This document shows positions 10,276 to 21,485 of a DNA stretch of 64,000 bases, one piece after another. The notes under the pieces are model-generated. The model saw nothing but the letters and a program-made list of their open reading frames with translations, was not told the origin of the DNA and searched no databases. Position numbers and translations under genes: made by a program. This stretch comes from Verrucomicrobiia bacterium. GTDB taxonomy: Bacteria; Verrucomicrobiota; Verrucomicrobiia; JADLBR01; JAIBCM01. The DNA is taken from assembly GCA_041395165.1 (NCBI GenBank), contig JAWLBA010000001.1, positions 136,068-200,067 on the forward strand, read 5' to 3'. Every line of letters starts with the position of its first letter. Within the stretch, counting starts at the first letter, position 1.

Positions 10276-11091
10276 ATGGCAGAGTTTATAAGCGCTCGGG
10301 AAAATATTAATTTTAAATCCGTTTTAGGATGGGTCACTGCTTTGCATTGTCTTTTGATTTCATTTATTTTCTTGGGAGGAAAATTTCGTCAGCCCCAAAA
10401 AATAGCGCTTCTTCAGCTATTGCCTCAAGGAGCTTTGGTTAAAGGAAATGCAGGGGTTGCTTCACCGGTGCCCTCACCAGTCAAAGCGCCAGTTCCGAAG
10501 CCAGAAAAACCTTTGACTGCTCCTGCGCCTAAACCTGTTTCGAAGCCAATGGCAAAACCTTCAACACCCACTCCAAGCAAACCAAATTCTGCGTTTTCGG
10601 TTAATCTCAAAGAAGTCAAACGCCTGCCCGTTTCTTCTCCTATAGCCTCTTCCAAAGCCGTTTCTGCGCCGGCTCAAGTTTCTCCAGTCGAAAATTCTGC
10701 TATGAATGCGAATGATATTAAAAATCGTCTTCAAGGTAGGGTGGGTAAGGCGGGGGTGGCCAGCGCTTCAGCTGATGGCCAATCTGGCACTTGGAATGGG
10801 GTAAAAGAAACTTCTGAGGTTAATGCTTATTTTGTTTTAATTCGCGATGTTTATTACCAATCATGGAGTCAACCCTCTTTGGGAGTGAATAACAAATTGA
10901 CGGCGATTTTAAAAATTCGATTGGGAAAATCCGGTAATATTTTAAAAACAACTTTGGAACAAAGTTCAGGCAATGTTTTATTTGATCATTCTATTCAAGA
11001 AGTGGCTCGTGAGGTGAAATCCGTAGGAGCGCCTTTGCCTGAGGTTTTGGGCACTCAATTTGCTGATATTTCTATTGTTTTTGAATTTTAA
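10276..11091 (+). CDS. tolA: TolA/TonB-like protein (TM anchor, Pro-rich spacer, C-terminal domain)
   Basis: N-terminal TM segment, a long PxP/KP-rich linker and a TonB_C-like end. Position between tolR and tolB. Confidence 0.6.
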   Translation: MAEFISARENINFKSVLGWVTALHCLLISFIFLGGKFRQPQKIALLQLLPQGALVKGNAGVASPVPSPVKAPVPKPEKPLTAPAPKPVSKPMAKPSTPTPSKPNSAFSVNLKEVKRLPVSSPIASSKAVSAPAQVSPVENSAMNANDIKNRLQGRVGKAGVASASADGQSGTWNGVKETSEVNAYFVLIRDVYYQSWSQPSLGVNNKLTAILKIRLGKSGNILKTTLEQSSGNVLFDHSIQEVAREVKSVGAPLPEVLGTQFADISIVFEF

Positions 11092-11115
11092 AAAAAAGTC
11101 GCTATAGGAAAAATT

Positions 11116-12252
11116 ATGCGTTATTTCATTTGTGTTATTTCTCTTTTCTTGCTTGTTGGTGTTCAAGCTCAAGTTGTCATTACTGGTAGTGGTAAAGCGC
11201 CTGTTTCCATCGAAAATTTTCAAGTTTCACCTGATGGTAAAAATATTTTGATAAAAGATTTGCAACAATCGGGTGTTATTGAATTGGTTGGTCAAAATCA
11301 GGCGCGTTACCGAGTAGAAGGCGCTTTGGAAGGTGGTGCATTAAAAAGTCGTTTAATCGAGATGCGACAAAATCAAGTGATATTTAATCGTTCTTATGTA
11401 GGAGCAACTCGTGATATGATCCATCAGTTTGCCGATGATGTCGTGCAGGCGATTACAGGTTATCCGGGTATTGCTACAACTCAAATCACTTTTATTTCCA
11501 AAGCGACCGGAGCGAAAGAACTTTATGTGATGAATGTGGATGGCACTTCGGTTCGCCAAATCACTCGTGATCGCAGCATCAGTGGCTCGCCCTCTTTTTC
11601 TCCTGATGCTAGCCAAGTGGCTTATACATCTTATAAAAGTGGTTACCCTGATGTTTATGTGGTTAATTTGAAAACAGGTCAACGCGATCGTGTTGCAGGA
11701 TTTCCTGGATTAAATTCTGGAGCTGCTTTTTCGCCATCGGGCAGCCGTCTTGCATTAACCCTTAGCAAAAGTGGAAATCCTGAAATTTATACCATGAGCG
11801 CAAGCGGTGGTTCGTTAGTGCGCGTTACCAAAACTCGCGGTGCTGAAGCCTCGCCCAGTTGGTCGCCGAATGGTAATTCACTCGTTTTTGCTAGTGACGA
11901 TCGAGGATCTCCTCAAATTTATATTGCTTCGGCTCAGGGTGGTGAGATGAAGCGATTGAACACGGGTTTTCTCTACGCGACTGAACCGGTTTGGTCGCCT
12001 GACGGGAAAAAAATTGCTTTCAACGCCCGCATTGGTGGTGCCTTTCAAATTTGTCTTTACGATTTACCAACACAACAAACGCGTCAACTCACTAAGAGTT
12101 CTAACAATGAAGATCCGAGTTGGGCTCGTGATTCGCGTCACCTTGTTTTTTCTCGCAATGGCCAGTTAGTTTTGTTAGACACTCTTTCTCTGGAAACTTA
12201 TGAAATTAAAACCGGGTTAAGTCAATGCACGGAACCCAGTTGCTCCAAATAA
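11116..12252 (+). CDS. tolB: Tol-Pal system beta-propeller protein TolB
   Basis: Signal peptide plus repeated SPDG/WSPDG propeller blades (PSFSPDAS, AFSPSGS, PSWSPNG, PVWSPDGK). Confidence 0.9.
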   Translation: MRYFICVISLFLLVGVQAQVVITGSGKAPVSIENFQVSPDGKNILIKDLQQSGVIELVGQNQARYRVEGALEGGALKSRLIEMRQNQVIFNRSYVGATRDMIHQFADDVVQAITGYPGIATTQITFISKATGAKELYVMNVDGTSVRQITRDRSISGSPSFSPDASQVAYTSYKSGYPDVYVVNLKTGQRDRVAGFPGLNSGAAFSPSGSRLALTLSKSGNPEIYTMSASGGSLVRVTKTRGAEASPSWSPNGNSLVFASDDRGSPQIYIASAQGGEMKRLNTGFLYATEPVWSPDGKKIAFNARIGGAFQICLYDLPTQQTRQLTKSSNNEDPSWARDSRHLVFSRNGQLVLLDTLSLETYEIKTGLSQCTEPSCSK

Positions 12253-12272
12253 ATTCTTAAAATAAAAATAAA

Positions 12273-12803
12273 ATGAAAAAAAATCTACTTCTCCTTCTTC
12301 CGATGATTGCGTTTCTTTTGCCGGCTTGTAAAAGTTCGAAGCCTTACGATTCTAGCGCTGGCACGGGAACTTATGATGGTGATTACACTGACATGAGCGA
12401 ATTACCGCAACGCGGTGATTTTAATCCCGATCAAGATGTCGATTATTCTACCTTTCGCGCTGGAGGAAAGGAAAATGGCACGATTTATTTTGCTACGGAC
12501 AGCAGTACGATTGCCTCTTCAGAGAGAGGTAAGCTGGATCGCATTGCCACCTGGCTTTTTCAGAATACTAGCAAATCTATTTTAATTGCAGGTCATTGCG
12601 ATGAGCGAGGCACGTTAGAATACAATCGTGCTTTAGGCGAACAACGTGCAACGTCTGTAAGAGCTTATTTGATTGGTTTGGGTGCTGCTGCAAATCGCAT
12701 TTATACTCATTCCTACGGCGAAGAAAAACCGGCTGTTTCTGGTGCCAATGAAGCCGCTTATCAAAAGAATCGTCGCGCCGAAATTGGTGTTGTAATGAAA
12801 TAA
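12273..12803 (+). CDS. pal: peptidoglycan-associated lipoprotein (OmpA family)
   Basis: Lipobox LLPAC and an OmpA_C motif (GHCDERGTLEYNRALGEQRA...NRRAEI). Confidence 0.9.
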   Translation: MKKNLLLLLPMIAFLLPACKSSKPYDSSAGTGTYDGDYTDMSELPQRGDFNPDQDVDYSTFRAGGKENGTIYFATDSSTIASSERGKLDRIATWLFQNTSKSILIAGHCDERGTLEYNRALGEQRATSVRAYLIGLGAAANRIYTHSYGEEKPAVSGANEAAYQKNRRAEIGVVMK

Positions 12804-12841
12804 AAGAACGCTGATTTTAAGCGATCTTCTAATAATTGCCC

Positions 12842-13585
12842 ATGCATGATGAGCCCAAGCCTTTTTTGAGTCATCTAGAGGATTTGAGGTGGATGATTAT
12901 TAAAAGTGGCATTGCCATTATCGCGGCGATGCTTGTTAGCTTTATTTTTGTTAAAACGATTCTTAAACTTTTTAATCTTCCTTTGATTTGGGCTGGTCTT
13001 GATCCCGCTCATTTTCTGAGAGTTTTAGGTGTTGCGGATGCGTTCACATTGAGTTTGCAAGCGGCCTTTTTTTCAGGATTTGTTTTTGCGCTTCCTTTTG
13101 TGTTATATTTTTTTGGTAATTTTTTATTGCCAGCGCTTACGTCGCAAGAAAGAAAAATGCTGCTGCCAGCGTTTATAGTGGGTAGCTTGCTTTTTGCTTT
13201 AGGTGTTGCCTTCTGTTACTTTTTATTGCTGCCCCAAACTCTACGTTTTTTTCATAATTATAGTGCCAGCATGGGCTATACCACGGAATGGACGGCTAAA
13301 AATTATATCGCATTTTGTGTGCAAATGCTTTTGGGGCTCGGGCTATCATTTGAATTGCCCATTGTTATTTTAATTTTAGCTAAGCTAGGGTTTGTGGATG
13401 CCGCTTTTTTAAAAAAATATCGGCGTCATGCTATTGTTGTGATTGTTATTGCAGCGGCAATGATTACTCCGACCTCTGATCTTTTTACCTTAAGTGCTAT
13501 GGCAGTGCCGATGCTGGTTCTTTATGAGATTTGTGTTGTGATTTGTCGTTGGATGGAGCGAAAAAATCCAGCAAGTATTTCTTAA
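12842..13585 (+). CDS. tatC: twin-arginine translocase subunit TatC
   Basis: LSHLEDLR start motif and six TM segments. I prefer the ATG at 12842 to the TTG at 12836. Confidence 0.9.
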   Translation: MHDEPKPFLSHLEDLRWMIIKSGIAIIAAMLVSFIFVKTILKLFNLPLIWAGLDPAHFLRVLGVADAFTLSLQAAFFSGFVFALPFVLYFFGNFLLPALTSQERKMLLPAFIVGSLLFALGVAFCYFLLLPQTLRFFHNYSASMGYTTEWTAKNYIAFCVQMLLGLGLSFELPIVILILAKLGFVDAAFLKKYRRHAIVVIVIAAAMITPTSDLFTLSAMAVPMLVLYEICVVICRWMERKNPASIS

Positions 13586-14898
13586 AAAAATCGAAAGTAG
13601 AAAAAAATTAAACTGATAATTAAAAGAATCGGTAGCAAAATAGGAACGCTATATTTTAGAAAGTAACCAAAAAAGCTGGGCACTTTTACTTCAGCTGCTT
13701 CGGCAATAGATTTGACCATGAAATTCGGACCATTGCCAATATAAGTCATCGCACCAAAAAAAACAGCGCCTAACGAAATGGCCACAAGATGGTGATCATG
13801 TTGTGTGATATAAGTCATGACATCATTCGGTTTTTCCATGGATAATCCAAAAGTTCCTAAAGAGGCCGCCAAGAAGGTGAGATAAGTAGGTGCATTATCT
13901 AAAATGCCGGAGAGCATTCCAGTCAGCCAATAGTATTGCATTTCTGAATGCAAAGGAATGTTCCCCTGTTGTGCATGAACAGATAAATAATCCAAGGCTG
14001 GCATCATTGTGGCGAAAATTCCAATAAACAACCAACCCACTTCTTTGATTGGCGCAAAGGTGAAGTCATTAGCTCGATGCACATAATTTGGTGTCAAATA
14101 ATAAGAGGCAACAGCCGCTCCTATCATTAAAGCTTCTCTTAAAAAAAGTGGCTGGGAAATAAAAACAGCCACTAAAATAACTCCCAGGAAAAGTAAATTA
14201 TGCAGTCCGCCAATTTTCCATTCTTCGCTCGCAGTTTCCATTTCTCGCACTTCTTTTGGAGCGCGCAAAAAATTATGACGATCGAAACAATAAAAAATGG
14301 CGAGAAGTCCGAAAAGACTGATGAGCCAAGCTTCCCAACAATGTTCTAAAACCCACCAAAAAGGAACGCCTTTCAAGTAACCTAAAAATAAAGGTGGATC
14401 GCCAATGGGCGTCAAACATCCGCCCACATTGCTCACAATAAAAATAAAAAAAACAATATGAAAAGTGGTAATGCGATAACGATTGGTTCGAATCCAGGGT
14501 CGAATCAGCAACATGGATGCACCCGTGGTGCCAATAAAATTTGCTAAGATGGCGCCAATCAAAAGATAAACGCAGTTGCGAAAGGGCGTGGCTTCTCCTT
14601 TCACAACAATATGAATCCCGCCAGCGACAACAAATAAAGAACCGATTAACGCAATGAAACTGACATATTCATGAGCCGTATGAAGAACCCGTGTCCAATT
14701 ATTCAAAGCAAGTCCATAATAAATAACGCTGATTAGTCCCAAAACCACCGCCACTTTGGGATAATGGTGCTCCCACCAATGTCGATTAACAAAAGGCATT
14801 AGGGCAATCATGCCGAGCAATAAAATAAAGGGGCTTAGCGCGAGGGGATGAACAGCACTTAGACTTGATGCTAAAATTAACATAACTTTTACAACCAA
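13582..14898 (-). CDS. ArsB/NhaD-superfamily permease (putative sodium:proton antiporter)
   Basis: A polytopic membrane protein of 438 aa whose motifs (GGCLTPIGDPP, DNAPTYL) I associate with this permease group. Confidence 0.65.
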   Translation of the reverse strand: MVVKVMLILASSLSAVHPLALSPFILLLGMIALMPFVNRHWWEHHYPKVAVVLGLISVIYYGLALNNWTRVLHTAHEYVSFIALIGSLFVVAGGIHIVVKGEATPFRNCVYLLIGAILANFIGTTGASMLLIRPWIRTNRYRITTFHIVFFIFIVSNVGGCLTPIGDPPLFLGYLKGVPFWWVLEHCWEAWLISLFGLLAIFYCFDRHNFLRAPKEVREMETASEEWKIGGLHNLLFLGVILVAVFISQPLFLREALMIGAAVASYYLTPNYVHRANDFTFAPIKEVGWLFIGIFATMMPALDYLSVHAQQGNIPLHSEMQYYWLTGMLSGILDNAPTYLTFLAASLGTFGLSMEKPNDVMTYITQHDHHLVAISLGAVFFGAMTYIGNGPNFMVKSIAEAAEVKVPSFFGYFLKYSVPILLPILLIISLIFFYFRFF

Positions 14899-16109
14899 TG
14901 TCCTAACTTATTTTGTTTTGTTTTTAAATATTTTTTATTGTGACGATTGGGTTTGGTTTGAATGGGGACTTGTTCTACAATTTCCATCCCGTAACCGGTT
15001 AATCCCACCACTTTTTTAGGATTATTGGTGAGTAAACGAATTTTGCGCACACCCAACTCATACAAAATTTGTGCGCCCAAACCATATTCTCTCAAGTCGG
15101 CAGGATAACCCAACTTCACATTGGCTTCTACTGTGTCCAAGCCTTTTTCTTGTAAACGATAGGCGTGTATTTTGGCGGCGAAACCGATTCCGCGTCCTTC
15201 TTGGCGCATATAAACCAAAATTCCGTTGCCCGCGTTTTCGATGCAACGTAAAGCATCATGTAATTGATGTCCGCAATCGCATCGCCTGGAGCCAAACACG
15301 TCACCTGTTAAACATTCGCTATGCACTCGAACCAAAATGGGTTTTCGACTATCGATTTTTCCTTTCACCAAGGCAAGATGATGCTGACCGTCCAATACCG
15401 AATGAAATAAATGCAAAATAAAATTGCCGTAATCCGTTGGCATTTTCACGACCTGCTCCAGTTCAATTAATTTTTCTTTGCGACGTCGAAACTCAATCAA
15501 ATTGCTAATGGAACAAATCTTTAAATGATGTTTTGCAGCAAAAAGACGCAGCTGCGGTAAGCGTGCCATGCTACCATCTTCATTAAGCACTTCGCAAATC
15601 ACACCCGTGGGATCGAGACCCGCTAATCGTGCTAAATCTACGGCTGCTTCTGTGTGTCCACTGCGTTGCAACACACCACCTTCTTTCGCCTGCAAAGGGA
15701 AAATATGACCCGGTTGCACCAGATCGCGTGGGCTGGATCGTTGACTGGCAAGCAGGCGAATGGTGTGGGCGCGATCCGAAGCGCTAATGCCTGTTGAAAT
15801 ACCACGTGCAGCATCAACCGAAACGGTGAAATCAGTTTTAAATGTTTCGCGATTATCCAAAACCATGCGTTGCAAGCCTAACTGTTTCGCACGAGCTAAG
15901 GTGATTGGCGCGCAAATTAAGCCGCGCCCATGCGTTGCCATAAAATTGATAGAGCTTATTGTGGCTTTCGCGCCCGCTCCCACTAAATCTCCTTCGTTTT
16001 CGCGATCTTCATCGTCTACGACGATCACTAATTTGCCTGCGCGGATATCTTTAATAACCGATTCGATGGAATCGAAACTTGCTTTGTTCTGAAGCGCTTT
16101 TCGTTTCAT
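14889..16109 (-). CDS. ribBA: bifunctional 3,4-dihydroxy-2-butanone-4-phosphate synthase / GTP cyclohydrolase II
   Basis: The RibB half has DDEDRENEGDL and HTEA. The RibA half has HSECLTGDVFGS.RCDCG and a YMRQEGRGIG region. Confidence 0.93.
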   Translation of the reverse strand: MKRKALQNKASFDSIESVIKDIRAGKLVIVVDDEDRENEGDLVGAGAKATISSINFMATHGRGLICAPITLARAKQLGLQRMVLDNRETFKTDFTVSVDAARGISTGISASDRAHTIRLLASQRSSPRDLVQPGHIFPLQAKEGGVLQRSGHTEAAVDLARLAGLDPTGVICEVLNEDGSMARLPQLRLFAAKHHLKICSISNLIEFRRRKEKLIELEQVVKMPTDYGNFILHLFHSVLDGQHHLALVKGKIDSRKPILVRVHSECLTGDVFGSRRCDCGHQLHDALRCIENAGNGILVYMRQEGRGIGFAAKIHAYRLQEKGLDTVEANVKLGYPADLREYGLGAQILYELGVRKIRLLTNNPKKVVGLTGYGMEIVEQVPIQTKPNRHNKKYLKTKQNKLGHWL

Positions 16110-16113
16110 AAAC

Positions 16114-18854
16114 TTAACTCAACAACTCTTTTGCTTTTTCTAAAGCTGGATTCAAGCCTTCGACTTGATCACCACCACCTTGAGCCAAGTCAGGTCGGCC
16201 GCCACCTTTGCCGCCCACGAAAGGTATAATCGTTTGAATTAATTTTCCAGCATGCAACCGATCGACTAATGTTGGCGGCACCCAAACTATGATGTTGGCT
16301 CGCCCTTTTTGTTGCGCTCCCAAAACCACGACTTGTTTCATTTTGTTTTTCAAGCCATCGATAATAAATGGTAGCAATTTAACTTCTCGTTCGCCGAGAT
16401 TTTTTATGTGGGGCTTGTCTTTGTTCTCTATTAAAATTTCTTGAGCGATGGCAAAGGCTTCTTCTTTAAAACGGACGAGCTCCAATTTTTGTTGTTCTTT
16501 GACCCATTCGCGTGTTTCAGCCTCCAATTTTAGCAAAATTTCTTCTCGTTTCTCGAATTGTTCCCAGACTTTTTCAGGAGAAAGAGAGGTGGTGAGTGTG
16601 AGATTTAATTCGGGCAATGTTTCTGAGAAAACCCGTTTGTGTTGCAATGTGTTAAAACGTTCATTTTGTTTTTTTTCAGCTTCTGTTAAATAATTAAAAA
16701 TGGCATCCCCTGCGACTGCCTCAATACGTCGCACTCCTGCTGCGATGGCACTTTCGGAAATAATTTTAAAAAAGCCGATCTCTTTTGTATTGCGCACATG
16801 TGTGCCGCCACAAAGCTCTTTTGAGTAGCCGCCGATGTCTACGATTCTTACGATCTCACCATATTTTTCGCCGAAAAATTGTAAAATGGTGGGATCATTT
16901 TTTACCAAGTCATAACTTTCTTCATACCATTTCACTTCATCGCCTTGCTTGATGCGATCGTTGATTTGCGATTCAATTTCTTTGATTTTTTTATCTTCTA
17001 CGGCTTGAGGGCAAGAAAAATCAAATCGTAAATGGTCTGGCCCTACGTAAGAGCCTTTTTGTTTTACTGAGGAGCTGAGCGTTTTTCGTAATGCCCAGTT
17101 CAAAAGATGTGTGCCGCTGTGATGGCCTTGAATGAGTTGGCGATTTTTTGAATCTACCGTTAATTTTATTTTGTCGCCGATTTGGCAAGGGATCGTTTTT
17201 TTTAGCTCATGCCAAAATGTGCCTTGAGCAGATTGGAAAGTGTTAGAGATTTCAAATTTTAAATTGGAGGTTTCACCCAACCCCTTATCTCCTACTTGTC
17301 CGCCCATTTCTGCATAAAAAGGTGTTTGCTCCACTGCAATAAGATTATCTTTAATGGCGACAATGTGACTTTCTTCTTTTAGCCGATCATAGCCGACAAA
17401 GAGTGTGGCATCCTGGTCTAAAGCTTCAGTAACTTCAATGGTTGTTTTCTTTTGTGCAGCTTGGGATCGTTTACGCTGGATTTCCATGTACGATTCGAAA
17501 GCTGTTTTATCCACGGAAACGCCGGCTTCTTGCGTCAAAAGTTCCGTTAAATCGAATGGAAAACCGTAAGTGTCATAAAGTTCAAATGCTACTTCGCCTG
17601 GGAAAATTTTTTGACCATGAAGTTGGCTGAGGGCTTGGTGAAACAAAGTCATGCCACGCTCCAAAGTCCGGTGAAAGCTCTCTTCTTCGCCGCGTAAAAT
17701 GGTTTTGATCTGATTTTGATTATGATGCAGCTCAGGGAATACCGATCGCATTTGTTCAATGAGTACGGGCACAAGTTGAGCGAGAAAAGGCTTTTTAATG
17801 TCTAAATTTCTTCCGTAGAGCACTGCACGACGCAAAATTCGGCGCAACACATAGCCGCGTCCTTCGTTGGAGGGCAAAATGCCGTCTGCAATGGAGAAAC
17901 TCAGTGTTCGTATGTGATCACCGATTACGCGAAAAGCGACATCGACTTTTTCTTGTTCTGTCGCTCCCGGTCCACGAGAAGCGGGCAAGGAACCCGTATA
18001 TTTTTTATCGCACAATTTTTCTAACGATAAAAAAATGGGTCGAAAAATATCGGTATCATAGTTCGATGCCAAGCGATCAAAATATTGAAAATTCTGCGTG
18101 CCTTGTATCAAACTGACAACGCGTTCAAAGCCCATGCCCGTGTCAACGTGACGCGCAGGAAGGGGATGAAGTTGCCCATCGGCGGTTGCATTGTATTGAA
18201 TGAAAACTAGATTCCAAAATTCGATGCATTGCGCGTCGCCTTGATTGACGAGTTTGCCTTGGGAATCTCCTTTGGGCGTCAAATCGAAATGAATTTCGGA
18301 ACAAGGACCGCAAGGACCCGTGTCGCCCATCATCCAAAAGTTATCTTTTTCCCTCCATTCACGATATGAATTTTGGGATCCAGTTTGGCTGTATGGAAAA
18401 TGCGTTCCCAAATGTCATAGGCCTCTTGATCAAATTCGGAGGGGTCGCCACTTGCAGGTTGATAAACGGTGGCGTAAAGTCGTTCGGGAGGGAAATTCCA
18501 ATGTTTTACAATGATCTCCCAAGACCATTCGATCGCTTCTTTTTTAAAATAATCGCCAAAACTCCAGTTGCCCAACATTTCGAAAAAAGTGTGATGGTAA
18601 GTGTCCCATCCCACGTCTTCCAAATCGTTGTGTTTGCCGCCTGCACGAATGCATTTTTGTGTGTCAGCGACACGCGCGGGACGATAAGGGCAATTTTTTT
18701 GCCCCAGGAAAAATGGCACGAATTGATTCATGCCCGCATTGGTAAAAAGAAGATTGGGCGAGTCAGGCATGAGACTCGAAGAAGGTACGATGGTGTGTTG
18801 CTTCGATTGGAAAAAATCGAGAAAACTTTGACGAATTTGGGCCGAAGTCATCAT
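16114..18854 (-). pseudogene. alaS: alanine--tRNA ligase, split by a 1-nt frameshift (ORFs 18854-18330 and 18411-16114); possibly a sequencing error
   Basis: The N-terminal ORF carries FTNAGM and [10 protein letters not shown]. The second ORF resumes at [20 protein letters not shown] in another frame. The switch is at the A5 run (T5 on the + strand, 18346-18350). Confidence 0.9.
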
Positions 18855-18961
18855 AAAAAATAAAAGTGTCTTACTCTAACAAGCTTTTCTTGACTCGCAA
18901 TCGTTGATTTTGTGGGTGGAGAGAACGCCAATGCTCTGTAAATAATTGAGGGAATTGAGTA

Positions 18962-20360
18962 TTAGAATTTAATGTCTGGGATCAAATCCAATAACCCTTT
19001 CACCGCTTCCCCAGCTCCGTCGAAGGAAATGACTTGGACTTTGGGATTTTCTGTTGTTCCGGTAACTTTAAAGGGAATGGTGAGCGTGCCTTCTTTGCTT
19101 TTAATTTTGACTTTGTTCAGTAGTTGACCAAGTCCTCCAATTAAACCGGAATTCAGTGTGACTGAGCCACTGAAATTTAAATTTCCTTCAAAATCGATTG
19201 TGCCTCGGCCTTCCATGAAAGTGGTGTTATTTTTGGGCCGAGTTTCTACTTTTTCGATAACGACCTGTTGATTTTTGATATAAAAATTTCCGATCACCTC
19301 ATCAAAAGTAATATCAGCCAAACCTGGAACACCAATGATACTTCCTATTTCACGAAAAAATTTTAGACCCTCTGCTCGAAAAGATTTTACGAGAAAATCG
19401 CCTTTCCCAGCGATGTTTTTGGCGTCTTCGAAAGCGCCTTGTCCTTCAAAATTAAGATTGCCTTTGCCTTCGATTGGACTTTTTTTGTCGCTGCGTGTTT
19501 CTATGAAATTTTTCAAATCAAAGTCTGTGACATTGATTTTGCTACGGAACGGTTTTTGCTCTTTGTCAAAACGCGCGCGAAAACGACCGGAGAGTTTTCC
19601 TTTATAGAGATCGCTTTGAAAATTGGGTAAAAGCAAAACTTCGTTGGTATAAATAATAGGTGATTTGAAATGGGTTAATTCGATGTTCGGATCGATAACA
19701 ATGGTTTGAATTTTTAGCGAGCCTTGGCTTTGCAATTCGTTGGGAGCAGTAAGAAAATCTCCATTGGCTTGAATGCCTTCGCAACGCACTTTCGCTTTTT
19801 GTTTGCTATCCCAAAATTGAAACACGCCATCAGCAATTTTCACTTCATCGACATCGAAACGATTTTGTTTGGGAGCGCGAGTGGGTAAGGAAGGCTCTTC
19901 AGTTTCGGGAAGCGTGGGTGTTTGGTTTTCTTGTTTGCTTGCTGATTTTTTTCTTCGGCTTTTTTAGGTTTTTTGAAGCTCTATTTTATTGCCTTTTTCC
20001 CGTTGAAAATTCTTGGAGCGTTATGCGAGGGGAATCCAAAATAATGGCGTCTAAAACCACTTTTCCTGTCAGTAAACGTAAAAAAGAAAAGGAAAGTCCC
20101 AAGTTTTTAACTTGAGCAAAAGGAGTTGGACTTTTGCCGTCGGCATAGGGCAGGGTAAGATTTTTGACTCGGATGCCATCCCAACGGATTTTTAATGCGT
20201 CAAATTTCACTGGCATTTTAACCACTTTTGACACCATTTTTTCCACGCGCGTTTTGAAGGCGGGTTGGTTGATATAATAATTGGCTGATCCTACGGCGAT
20301 GATAAGGAGCAAAAGCAAAGTTCCGACAATCCAAGCGATGCGAGCAATGGTTCGATTCAT
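18962..20360 (-). pseudogene. AsmA-family outer-membrane biogenesis protein, interrupted (in-frame TAA plus frameshift)
   Basis: The N-terminal ORF (TM anchor + AsmA-like start) ends in TAA at 19988-19986. An AsmA_2-like C-terminal ORF (..IPFKVTGTTENPKV) is open from about 19963 in another frame. An A7 run lies between them. Confidence 0.7.
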
Positions 20361-20396
20361 AATCTTTATCTTAGACGCAATCGAGTTTCATTCAAA

Positions 20397-21374
20397 TCAA
20401 CGAATGATTACAGGTGTGCCTACGGAAACGAGTCGACTTAACTTTACGGCATCCCAATTGGCTAAACGAATGCAGCCGTGACTTGCTGCTCGTCCAATGG
20501 TTTCGGGATTATTCGTGCCATGCAATCCGATGCCTCGACGATTCAAACCCATCCACATCACACCCACAGGACTATTCGGGCCAGGTGGCAACTGATGAAA
20601 ATTGGTGCTTTGAATGCCTTCATTTAACATTTTTTCGTCATGTCGAAAATAAGGCATTGAAGCCATTACGACAATTTTCCAGTTACCGCGTGGCGCCGGA
20701 ATGGAGCTGGAGCCGGGAGTAATGGGGAAAGCAGCGATGAGACGCTGTCCTTCGAAAACTTCCAACATGCGCGCATGTAGACTGACTTCGACATGGCGAT
20801 TGGATAACGCGGGATTGGCTGGAATTAAGTAGCCGTTTTGTCGCAAGGTTTCGACTTGTAAAGGCGCGACATTGGGCACGCGAACTGTGTCACCCACTCG
20901 AAGTTGATTTAGGTTTTTGCCAGGATTAATGGCACGTATAAAAGCGCGATCGCTATGATAACGTTCTGCTACAAATTCCAGTAAAGAGGTGTAAGGCAAT
21001 CCGCGTTGTTTGGCTTGATCTTCTACTTTTTCAGATAAAGAACCGACTCGAGCGGCATCCGCTGGGGTAATTCGGTAAAAAGTGTAAATCGGATTGATTT
21101 GGCGAAGCGGCAACTGGCGTTCGATTTGGTCAGGAGAATTAACTTTTAACCCGCGCGAACGAGCAAAACGCGCCAACGCTTTTTCGGTAAATTCGCCGCG
21201 TTGCCCATCCAATTTACCCGGACCAAATCCGCTTCGATCCAAGAAAATATGTAATCGAGTTACCTCATCCGCAGGCATCATTCGTTGGTAAGGCAAATTC
21301 AACTGTTGCCGAGGCGCTGCACAGCCTGATAAAAAAACCATTAAAAAAGCTAATTTCAAATCTTTTAATTTCAT
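20397..21374 (-). CDS. L,D-transpeptidase (YkuD) lipoprotein with a PG-binding-like N-terminal domain
   Basis: Lipobox FLSGC and the catalytic motif HGTNNPETIGRAASHGCIRL. Confidence 0.88.
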   Translation of the reverse strand: MKLKDLKLAFLMVFLSGCAAPRQQLNLPYQRMMPADEVTRLHIFLDRSGFGPGKLDGQRGEFTEKALARFARSRGLKVNSPDQIERQLPLRQINPIYTFYRITPADAARVGSLSEKVEDQAKQRGLPYTSLLEFVAERYHSDRAFIRAINPGKNLNQLRVGDTVRVPNVAPLQVETLRQNGYLIPANPALSNRHVEVSLHARMLEVFEGQRLIAAFPITPGSSSIPAPRGNWKIVVMASMPYFRHDEKMLNEGIQSTNFHQLPPGPNSPVGVMWMGLNRRGIGLHGTNNPETIGRAASHGCIRLANWDAVKLSRLVSVGTPVIIR

Positions 21375-21485
21375 AATTTTTTGTGAGATTACCGATTTTT
21401 ATTAAAAAGCGCTAGTTCTATCATTGCAGTAAAAATTCTATCGAAGATAATATCATATATGTTTTCATTATTGAGTAGTTTGCAG

